A model generated the notes under the pieces. The model was not told where the DNA came from. It did not search any database and saw only the letters and a program-made list of their open reading frames with translations. From contig NC_013967.1 in NCBI RefSeq assembly GCF_000025685.1, forward strand, positions 2,400,001-2,432,000: a stretch of 32,000 nt of DNA. The letters run 5' to 3'. The position numbers and the translations under genes were made by a program. The DNA is from Haloferax volcanii DS2 (GTDB lineage: Archaea; Halobacteriota; Halobacteria; Halobacteriales; Haloferacaceae). This document shows positions 19,453-25,207 of the stretch, in pieces; position 1 is the first letter of the stretch; each line of letters starts with the position of its first letter.

Positions 19453-20295
19453 TCACTCCGTGAGTGTCAGGGAGGCGAGGGAGGCGAACATCGCTTCCTC
19501 CGTTCGCACGACCTCGCTGCCCTGTCGCGGAATCGTATTGAGCCAGAGGTCGAACCCCGGACCAACGGAAGGTTCGACGTCTGCAACATCCTCGGGAGGC
19601 ATCCCGAGCATGTCCGGAAGCCCACGGCCCGGCGACCCGAAGACGACGGTCATGCCGCCGGCATCGGTGATGCGGGCCGTCAAGTCGCCCAATGTGGGGA
19701 CCGACAGCGGTTCGCCATAGCGAGACGTGGCGATTCGCACGCCCGCATCCGGCCTGCCGAGTGCTTCCGTGAGGTCCATGCGGGATACGTCGAAGCCCGG
19801 AAGGGGCTCGTCGACGATCCGCGCACGGACCGGTTCTCGCGAAGAGATCCTGACAGCGACGCGCTCTCCCTCTGTGAGGTCCATCCCGGGAGGGACGAAC
19901 AGGGAGATCGGGTGTTGCATTCCGCAATTGACCCGAACGCGGTCGTCAGGTCCGACCTCGGTCACGATTCCTTCTCGCAACGCGGGCGACTCGTCGGAGT
20001 CGTCCGCGGTCGTAGACGCGACGAGAACGGGCGGCAGGATACCAGCGTAGCGGAGTTCGTCGCGCTTGCCCCAGACCTCTTTGCGGAGGTAGGGGGGCGT
20101 CGCGGCGTACCGAAGTACGGTTTCGACGAACTCGCCGCCCCAGTTGTTCTCGCCGTCTTCGTCGGGGAAGACGACGAGTTCGTTCGCCCGGAAGACCGCC
20201 GCCGCGCGGGCGACGTAGCCGAGTTTGCGAGTTGCCTCGCGTTGATCTTCGGCTTCCCGGACGAGTGAGGACGGCACGAGTACGCTGAGTTTCAT
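19453..20295 (-). CDS. SPOUT-class methyltransferase (DUF171/COG2106-like, putative RNA methyltransferase), first gene of the operon
   Basis: The ATG at 20295 gives MKLSVLVPSSLVREAEDQREATRKLGYVARAAAVFRANELVVF.... The C-terminal block VVFGSPGRGL resembles the trefoil-knot SAM site. The stop lies 4 nt before the rpl3 start. Confidence 0.75.
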   Translation of the reverse strand: MKLSVLVPSSLVREAEDQREATRKLGYVARAAAVFRANELVVFPDEDGENNWGGEFVETVLRYAATPPYLRKEVWGKRDELRYAGILPPVLVASTTADDSDESPALREGIVTEVGPDDRVRVNCGMQHPISLFVPPGMDLTEGERVAVRISSREPVRARIVDEPLPGFDVSRMDLTEALGRPDAGVRIATSRYGEPLSVPTLGDLTARITDAGGMTVVFGSPGRGLPDMLGMPPEDVADVEPSVGPGFDLWLNTIPRQGSEVVRTEEAMFASLASLTLTE

Positions 20296-20525
20296 GCCGG
20301 GTTCATCCTCGTCTCGTCTAGACTGTGGCGTTTCTACCGGGGGCCTACCTAAAAGAGTAGCGAATCCATTCTGGGGTGATAGAGCGTCCCACGACCCAGT
20401 TTGCGGGGGATTGGCGAACGTCGCGTGGTACATAATTACACGGCCGGCGACAGGTCGTCGAAGGCGAATCTCACGTGGTAGCAGGTGGCGCGCCGTCGCC
20501 CGATTTCTCCCCCGTTTCGCAAGTC

Positions 20526-20533
20526 TTATTTAT
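20526..20533 (+). promoter_or_regulatory. Candidate TATA box for the tRNA-Gly transcription unit
   Basis: TTATTTAT is the most AT-rich octamer in the intergenic region, about 55 nt upstream of the mature tRNA 5' end. This implies a leader of about 25-30 nt. Confidence 0.35.
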
Positions 20534-20584
20534 CAACCCGACACTATCGAGTAACGCAGCAGCACGCCACGATACACACGGACT

Positions 20585-20655
20585 GCGCTGGTAGTGTAGT
20601 GGTATCACGTGACCTTGCCATGGTCACAACCTGGGTTCAAATCCCAGCCAGCGCA
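20585..20655 (+). tRNA. tRNA-Gly (anticodon GCC), copy 1
   Basis: Hand-folded cloverleaf: acceptor GCGCTGG/CCAGCGC, anticodon stem TGACC/GGTCA, loop TTGCCAT, T arm CTGGG-TTCAAAT-CCCAG, discriminator A. No encoded CCA and no intron. Confidence 0.93.
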
Positions 20656-20667
20656 CTTCCACCACAT

Positions 20668-20738
20668 GCGTCGGTAGTGTAGTGGTATCACGTGACCTTG
20701 CCATGGTCACAACCTGGGTTCAAATCCCAGCCGACGCA
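20668..20738 (+). tRNA. tRNA-Gly (anticodon GCC), copy 2
   Basis: Positions 8-65 are identical to copy 1. The acceptor stem is GCGTCGG/CCGACGC. It lies 12 nt downstream of copy 1. Confidence 0.93.
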
Positions 20739-20793
20739 CTTTCTGAACGGAACCAAACGAGGAGTCGCCGGACTCCGAGTTTCCGTGGAGTGA

Positions 20794-20896
20794 AGAAGTG
20801 CGGCCAAGAGGGATTCTGAACCCGACCAGTCGCGCACAGCGAACGAAGTGAGCGAGCACGTCTGGGTTCGGTTCAAATCCCAGCCGACGCACTTCT
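20794..20896 (+). repeat. Unit 1 imperfect palindrome (inverted plus direct tRNA 3' end) enclosing a tRNA-Gly remnant
   Basis: AGAAGTGCG (20794-20802) pairs with CGCACTTCT (20888-20896). GGGATT (20810-20815) pairs with AATCCC (20876-20881). TGAACC (20817-20822) pairs with GGTTCA (20870-20875). Confidence 0.8.
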
Positions 20897-20949
20897 GCCG
20901 AACACAAACCTCCGAGAGACCTCTGTGTCTCTCGGTCTTGCGAGGCTGC

Positions 20950-21027
20950 GTGCGGGACGCTGAGATTTGAACTAGCGAGCGAACGCGAGTGAGCGAGTGG
21001 AGTTCAAATCTCAGCCGACGCACTTCT
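20950..21027 (+). repeat. Unit 2 imperfect palindrome with a perfect 14-bp stem, enclosing a tRNA-Gly remnant
   Basis: CTGAGATTTGAACT (20960-20973) is the exact reverse complement of AGTTCAAATCTCAG (21001-21014). The outer GTGCG (20950-20954) pairs with CGCAC (21019-21023). Confidence 0.85.
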
Positions 21028-21097
21028 ACAACGAACCTACCTTCCGAGCGACCGCTGTACGTGTCGCTCGGACTGTGAGTTGTGAATGCTGGACGCT

Positions 21098-21157
21098 GGG
21101 GTTTGAATCGGGGAGCGACGCGAACGGAGTGAGCAGAGCGACTGAGGTTCAAATCCC
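21098..21157 (+). repeat. Unit 3a hairpin (12 bp including two G-T wobble positions)
   Basis: GGGGTTTGAATC (21098-21109) pairs with GGTTCAAATCCC (21146-21157). The G-T pairs at 21101/21154 and 21108/21147 work only on the plus-strand RNA. Confidence 0.7.
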
Positions 21158-21195
21158 GTCTCACCGACTCGGCCGCTGGCCTCGCCGGTGCTCCT

Positions 21196-21241
21196 GAGTT
21201 CACCTCACAGTGTTCGGTGAACTCCCAGCCGACGCACTTCT
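21196..21241 (+). repeat. Unit 3b hairpin plus tRNA 3' end copy
   Basis: GAGTTCACC (21196-21204) pairs with GGTGAACTC (21216-21224), followed by CCAGCCGACGCACTTCT. Confidence 0.75.
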
Positions 21242-21279
21242 CTCTGAACTCGACTCAGTCACCGACGCGTCCCGAAAAC

Positions 21280-21570
21280 TCACGCTTCGTCCCGCGCCCG
21301 CCACCACCAGCCCATCGCGGCCACGCCGACGACGAGGACGACGACGGCGAGCGCGTCGAGGGCGTAGTTGAGCGGCGTTCCCGTCGGCACGGTCCCGGAC
21401 TGCGTCACCTGTAAGAGAGCGTACGAGAGCCACGTGAGACACATCCCGACGAGGAGAACCGCCCGCGTGCCGGAGAGTTTCCCGCGCCGGTACTGCACGG
21501 CCGTGCCTGCGAGGAGCAACAGGTACGCGACGAGCAGGGGAACGCCCCCGAGGTCGGCGAGCACGCTCAC
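21280..21570 (-). CDS. Small membrane protein (about 96 aa, 3 predicted TM segments), start uncertain
   Basis: The hydrophobic C-terminal two-thirds of track ORF 21280..21690 reads LADLGGVPLLVAYLLLLAGTAV...ALAVVVLVVGVAAMGWWW. The upstream 40 codons are Arg-rich junk. Candidate GTG starts lie at 21570 and 21564. Confidence 0.4.
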   Translation of the reverse strand: MSVLADLGGVPLLVAYLLLLAGTAVQYRRGKLSGTRAVLLVGMCLTWLSYALLQVTQSGTVPTGTPLNYALDALAVVVLVVGVAAMGWWWRARDEA

Positions 21571-21750
21571 GGTTCCGTCGGGAACACCGCGAGGGGAATC
21601 ACAGTCGCGAAGCCGGCGAGCAGTACGCCGAATCCGGATGGCGCGGCGCGGGAAGGGAGAGGGACCATACGCCACCTCCGCAGAGAACACACTAAAGGGT
21701 TGACACCATTCGCCTCGAGGGACGCCGGCCCCGCACGCGTGGGCGAAGAA

Positions 21751-22005
21751 TCAGTATCCGAGCGTGTCGACCGTCTCGATTCGCTCGATACCGTCGAGTT
21801 CGCAGAGGTCGGAGACGGCCGGCTCGGCGAGCGAGACTACGATGCCGCCGAACTGGAGTTCGCGTTCGAGGCTGCCGCCGAGGGACTCGACGCGGCTTTC
21901 GAGCGCGGTGCGGGCGTCGTCGTCGGCGGGTTCGACGCGGAGTGCCGCGACCTCGTCGTCGAGCGGGTCGTCGCGCATCCGGCGGACGGGGTGAGAGAGA
22001 TACAT
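21751..22005 (-). CDS. Hypothetical small acidic protein (84 aa)
   Basis: ATG at 22005 with a GTTTTC box 28 nt upstream. Third-position GC is clearly higher in this frame than in the exactly antisense + ORF 21700..22095. Confidence 0.5.
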   Translation of the reverse strand: MYLSHPVRRMRDDPLDDEVAALRVEPADDDARTALESRVESLGGSLERELQFGGIVVSLAEPAVSDLCELDGIERIETVDTLGY

Positions 22006-22028
22006 ACCCGGCGGTCGTCGCCCGGCGG

Positions 22029-22034
22029 GAAAAC
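22029..22034 (-). promoter_or_regulatory. Candidate TATA-like box (GTTTTC)
   Basis: Lies 28 nt upstream of the ATG at 22005. Confidence 0.3.
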
Positions 22035-22081
22035 GGTCGCGGTCGGCCGATGGCCGGCCGCCTTCGACCGAGGGAAGCGGG

Positions 22082-22366
22082 TCAGTCCTCGGTGAAGTAG
22101 AACAGCGCCTCGCGACCCGCGCCGCAGTCGGGACACGCCGACGGGAACGCCGTCAGCGAGCCGAGTTCGCCGCAGTCGTCGCAGCGCCAGACGAGTCGCG
22201 CCTCGCCGAAGTCCTTCTCGGGCAGTCGCTGATGTTCGACGACGGTCGGCGGTCGAACCGCTCGAGACGCCGTCTCGGCGGTCGTCTCGACGGCCTCCCA
22301 CCGCGCTCGTTCGTCGTCGAGCGGTTGCGCCGGCTCGGTCGGTCGCGCAGGTGTCTTTATTGCCAT
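22082..22366 (-). CDS. Zinc-ribbon (rubredoxin-like) domain protein (94 aa)
   Basis: WRCDDCGELGSLTAFPSACPDCGA gives CxxC-x13-CxxC. The ATG at 22366 is supported by a GTTTAT box 30 nt upstream. Confidence 0.6.
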   Translation of the reverse strand: MAIKTPARPTEPAQPLDDERARWEAVETTAETASRAVRPPTVVEHQRLPEKDFGEARLVWRCDDCGELGSLTAFPSACPDCGAGREALFYFTED

Positions 22367-22391
22367 AGTGTCGCATACGCACGCCAGTCGC

Positions 22392-22397
22392 ATAAAC
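22392..22397 (-). promoter_or_regulatory. Candidate TATA box (GTTTAT)
   Basis: Lies 30 nt upstream of the ATG at 22366. Confidence 0.3.
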
Positions 22398-22405
22398 GCC
22401 CGTCG

Positions 22406-23464
22406 TCACTCCTCGTGACTGTCAGGCCACGAGGACCACCTGAGCTCCAGTCTGACGGGGTCTTCCGGGAGGAAACGGCTGGTCTCGGTGTCGGTGACGA
22501 CCCGCTCTGGGCGGGGGAGCGTAACGGACTCGTCGCCGACGCGGAGCGTCAGGTCCTCGTCGGGAGCGGCCGCAACGAGGCGGTCGAGTCGTTCGATGGC
22601 CGCGGTCACCTCGCCGCGCGTCACGGTGTCGGTCCGGGAGTCGAGGGGGACGCCGCCGAACAGCGGGCGGACGTTCACGTCGCGCGAGCGGTTCGACAGC
22701 ACCGCGTTGACGGCCGCGCCGAGGAGGATGACGAGCCCGCTGAAGTAGAGCCACGTCAGGAGGACGAGGATGCCGGCGACGACGCTCGACTCGGGGGTGC
22801 GGCTACTGAACTCGACGTAGAGCCGGAACAGCGACTCGAACGTCGTCAGCCCGACGGCGGCGACGAGCGTGCCGGGAACGACTTCGAGGGAGGTCACGTT
22901 CTCGTCGGGGAAGATGTAGTACATCGGGTAGAACGTCACGAACAGGACGGCGACGAGGAGTCCGCGGTAGACGACCCAGCCGAGCGCGCCGTCGAGCGCC
23001 GGGAGCGCGGACTCGATGAGCGCGCCGGCGACGACGGCGAGCGAGACGGTGACGAGCACGACGATGCCGTCCAAAAGCTGGTCGGCGAAGGTGTTGGCCG
23101 CCTCCGACTCGTAGATGTCCGAGAAGGCGGTGTCGAGACCGCGGAAGATGCGGAGCGTCCCCCACACCAACACGAGCGCCCCGACGACGGAGAGGCTCGC
23201 CAGTTGGGTCGACGACTCCAGTTCGGCGACGATAACGTCGCCCGCGCCGGGAGTCAGGACGGACTGGATGACGGCGATGACGCCCTCGCGGAGACCGCTG
23301 TCGCCGGTGGCGGAGACGGCTGCAAGGACGAGCAGAAACAGCGGTAACAGCGAGACGAACGCCCCGTAGGCGATGCTTCCCGCCATGAAGGTGAGCCGCT
23401 CGGTGCGCACCTCGTACACGATAGCCCGGCCGAGCGTGAGCGCTCTCGTCATGCGCGGATTCAT
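22406..23464 (-). CDS. YihY/BrkB (ribonuclease BN-like) family membrane protein
   Basis: LTFMAGSIAYGAFVSLLPLFLL..., six hydrophobic segments, and LTWLYFSGLVILLGAAVNAV near the end of the core. ATG at 23464 (alternative at 23452). There is a soluble C-terminal extension of about 100 aa. Confidence 0.85.
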   Translation of the reverse strand: MNPRMTRALTLGRAIVYEVRTERLTFMAGSIAYGAFVSLLPLFLLVLAAVSATGDSGLREGVIAVIQSVLTPGAGDVIVAELESSTQLASLSVVGALVLVWGTLRIFRGLDTAFSDIYESEAANTFADQLLDGIVVLVTVSLAVVAGALIESALPALDGALGWVVYRGLLVAVLFVTFYPMYYIFPDENVTSLEVVPGTLVAAVGLTTFESLFRLYVEFSSRTPESSVVAGILVLLTWLYFSGLVILLGAAVNAVLSNRSRDVNVRPLFGGVPLDSRTDTVTRGEVTAAIERLDRLVAAAPDEDLTLRVGDESVTLPRPERVVTDTETSRFLPEDPVRLELRWSSWPDSHEE

Positions 23465-23556
23465 GGGCGCTGATACGTCGGCAGACGAGAAAAGCGCGCT
23501 GCGCGGTCGGGTCAGCGGTGGCGGCTGTCGGTGGTGGCGGCCCTCGGTGGTGGGAG

Positions 23557-23724
23557 CTACCGACGGGCGGCGAAGACGGCGACCGCCAGCCCCAACACGG
23601 CACCCGTCACGGTCCACTCCACCGCGTAGCCGACCGCTCCGCCGATGGCCGAGCCGAGAGTCACCCCGCCGGCGACGTTCGCTCCCGCGACGAGCGCCAT
23701 CCGAGTGAGTTCGCTCTGGAACAT
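23557..23724 (-). CDS. Small glycine-zipper membrane protein (55 aa)
   Basis: The internal ATG at 23724 gives MFQSELTRMALVAGANVAGGVTLGSAIGGAVGYAVEWTVTGAVLGLAVAVFAARR. Third-position GC is high. No family recognised. Confidence 0.4.
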   Translation of the reverse strand: MFQSELTRMALVAGANVAGGVTLGSAIGGAVGYAVEWTVTGAVLGLAVAVFAARR

Positions 23725-23796
23725 ATCGGAATCTGTGGCTGTTCGAGGGGATAGCCTCGTCGGTTCCGTCGTCGATTCGGTCGACAGGTCACCCCG

Positions 23797-23802
23797 TTTT
23801 AC
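23797..23802 (+). promoter_or_regulatory. Candidate TATA box (TTTTAC)
   Basis: Begins 31 nt upstream of the ATG at 23828. Confidence 0.3.
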
Positions 23803-23827
23803 TACCGCGTGGCGCGTTGGTTCGGCC

Positions 23828-24142
23828 ATGACAGTCATCGCTATGTTGAGCGTCGCACCGGTCGTCGAAGGGAGCATGTCGGGCGAGGTCGCCAAGGCCG
23901 TCGCGGCCCTCGACGACTTCGAGGTGTCCTACGAGACGAACCCGATGGGGACGGTCATCGAGGCCGACGACATCGACGAACTGCTCGCGGCGGTCGGCGC
24001 GGCCCACAAGGCGGTCGACGGCGACCGCGTGAGCACGTTCCTGAAGATAGACGACAAGCGCACGAAAGAACAGACGGCCGCCGACAAGGTCGACGCCGTC
24101 GAAGCCCATCTCGGACGGGAAGCGAGAAGCGACCGCGAGTAG
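23828..24142 (+). CDS. MTH1187/YkoF-like (DUF77) thiamine-binding family protein
   Basis: 104 aa. MTVIAMLSVAPVVEGSMSGEVAKAVAALDDFEVSYETNPMGTVIEAD matches the ferredoxin-like DUF77 pattern. Confidence 0.8.
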   Translation: MTVIAMLSVAPVVEGSMSGEVAKAVAALDDFEVSYETNPMGTVIEADDIDELLAAVGAAHKAVDGDRVSTFLKIDDKRTKEQTAADKVDAVEAHLGREARSDRE

Positions 24143-24245
24143 CGTCGCGGCTCACGGTCACGGCCCGCGGACCCGTCGCGCGGGTCCGACGTTCGAGACA
24201 CGAGACACGTCCACGCGACCCGCAGCAGTGGGTGACTGACAAACC

Positions 24246-24251
24246 CTTTAG
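24246..24251 (+). promoter_or_regulatory. Candidate TATA box (CTTTAG, within CCTTTAGCC)
   Basis: The T-run begins 28 nt upstream of the mch ATG at 24275. Confidence 0.3.
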
Positions 24252-24274
24252 CCGAAGGCGCGCAATCGCCTCGC

Positions 24275-25207
24275 ATGGACAGCATCAATCGGATGGCCAT
24301 CGAACTGGTCGACGAGGCGCTCGACTTCGCCGGAGAGCTCGGCATCGAGGGCTACGAACTCGACTCGGGTGCGACGGTCATCGACTTCGGCGTCGACGCC
24401 GACGGCGGTGTCGAAGCGGGGATGCTCCTCGCGGAGATTCAGACCGCGGGTCTCGCCACGGTACAGACGCGGATGGGCGAGGTCGCCGGCACGCCCCGTC
24501 CGCACGTCGAACTCTCCACCGACCGCCCCGCGCTGGCCCTGCTCTGTTCGCAGAAGGCCGGCTGGGAGCTCACCTTCGACGACTTCGACGGCCTCGGCTC
24601 CGGCCCGGCGCGCGCGCTGGTCGGCGAGGAAGAGGAGTTCCACCACCTCGGCTACTACGACGAGTTCGACCTGACGGTCCTCGCCGTCGAGAGCATCGAC
24701 CTCCCGACCGACGAAGTCGCGGAACACGTCGCGGAGACGACCGGCCTCGAACCGAGCGCCGTCTTCCTGCCGACCTACGCGACCGGCTCGCTCGTCGGGA
24801 GCGTCACGGGCGCGGCCCGCGCCGCCGAACTCGCCGTGTTCAACCTCTTCGAAGCGGGCTACGACCCGACGAACGTCCTCTCTATCAACGGCTCCGCCCC
24901 GCTCGCGCCCGTCAGCTACGACGAGAGCGTCGCCATGGGCCGGACGAACGACGCCGTCGCCTACGGCGGGCGCGTCCACGTCACCGTCAGCGAGGACTTC
25001 GACGAGTTCGACCGCGCGATTTCCACGGCCGAGTCGGACTACGGCGTCCCGTTCGAACAGCTGTTCGAGGACGCCGACTGGGACTTCGGCGCGGTCGACC
25101 CCGACGTGTTCGGCCCGGCGCAGGTCACGGTCGATGTGGTCGACGGTCCGACGTACACCCTCGGCGAGACCGACGAGGACGTGCTCGCCGACTCGTTCGG
25201 GCTGTGA
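24275..25207 (+). CDS. mch: Methenyltetrahydromethanopterin cyclohydrolase homologue
   Basis: 310 aa with conserved Mch blocks: TVIDFGV, QKAGW, GSGPARAL, GSVTGAARAAE, AMGRTNDAVAYGG and a C-terminal SFGL. Confidence 0.92.
   Translation: MDSINRMAIELVDEALDFAGELGIEGYELDSGATVIDFGVDADGGVEAGMLLAEIQTAGLATVQTRMGEVAGTPRPHVELSTDRPALALLCSQKAGWELTFDDFDGLGSGPARALVGEEEEFHHLGYYDEFDLTVLAVESIDLPTDEVAEHVAETTGLEPSAVFLPTYATGSLVGSVTGAARAAELAVFNLFEAGYDPTNVLSINGSAPLAPVSYDESVAMGRTNDAVAYGGRVHVTVSEDFDEFDRAISTAESDYGVPFEQLFEDADWDFGAVDPDVFGPAQVTVDVVDGPTYTLGETDEDVLADSFGL

Larger units (their letters stand above)
20739..21268 (+). repeat. Array of degenerate tRNA-Gly-derived repeat units (3' end of tRNA-Gly copy 2 plus trailer, reiterated)
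   Basis: TTCAAATCCCAGCCGACGCACTTCT or close variants recur, ending at 20896, 21027 and 21241. Weaker CCGAC-containing copies lie at 21164-21168 and 21262-21268. Unit lengths are about 153, 131, 144 and 70 nt. Confidence 0.85.

Noticed and set aside
17739-19463. 574-aa + strand ORF
   Set aside because: It is antisense to the unambiguous rpl3 and rpl4 genes. The translation is Gly/Arg/Val/Asp-rich with no recognisable domain. This is a typical stop-free antisense frame in high-GC DNA.
20688-21203. 171-aa minus-strand ORF and short ORFs (20707..20907, 20997..21197, 21217..21414) across the tRNA-derived repeat array
   Set aside because: They run through a tRNA gene and structured repeats. GC content is lower, there is no codon bias, and no start context or promoter is evident. 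The region is better explained as non-coding repeats.
20585-21268. Possible CRISPR array
   Set aside because: The repeats are tRNA-derived, diverged, irregularly spaced (70-153 nt) and partly inverted. There are no uniform repeat/spacer units and no cas genes in the window.
21700-22095. 131-aa + ORF exactly antisense, on the same codon boundaries, to 21751..22005
   Set aside because: Third-position GC is clearly lower than for the minus-strand frame. Its C-terminal 30 residues are basic junk, and no promoter-like box lies upstream. The minus-strand call is itself only moderate confidence.
20739-23700. Possible integrated mobile element next to the tRNA-Gly genes
   Set aside because: There is no integrase, no transposase and no viral or plasmid gene. 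GC content and codon usage of the downstream genes match the rest of the window. Only the short att-like repeats remain.
24168-24188. 7-bp GC hairpin (CGGACCC-GTCGCGC-GGGTCCG) just after the MTH1187-like gene
   Set aside because: It could be a terminator. However, no oligo-T tract follows, and short GC hairpins occur by chance at this GC content.
23809-25203. N-terminal 465 codons of the 628-aa + ORF 23809..25695
   Set aside because: It is an Arg-rich out-of-frame read through the MTH1187-like and mch genes. Only the portion after the GTG at 25204 is protein-like.
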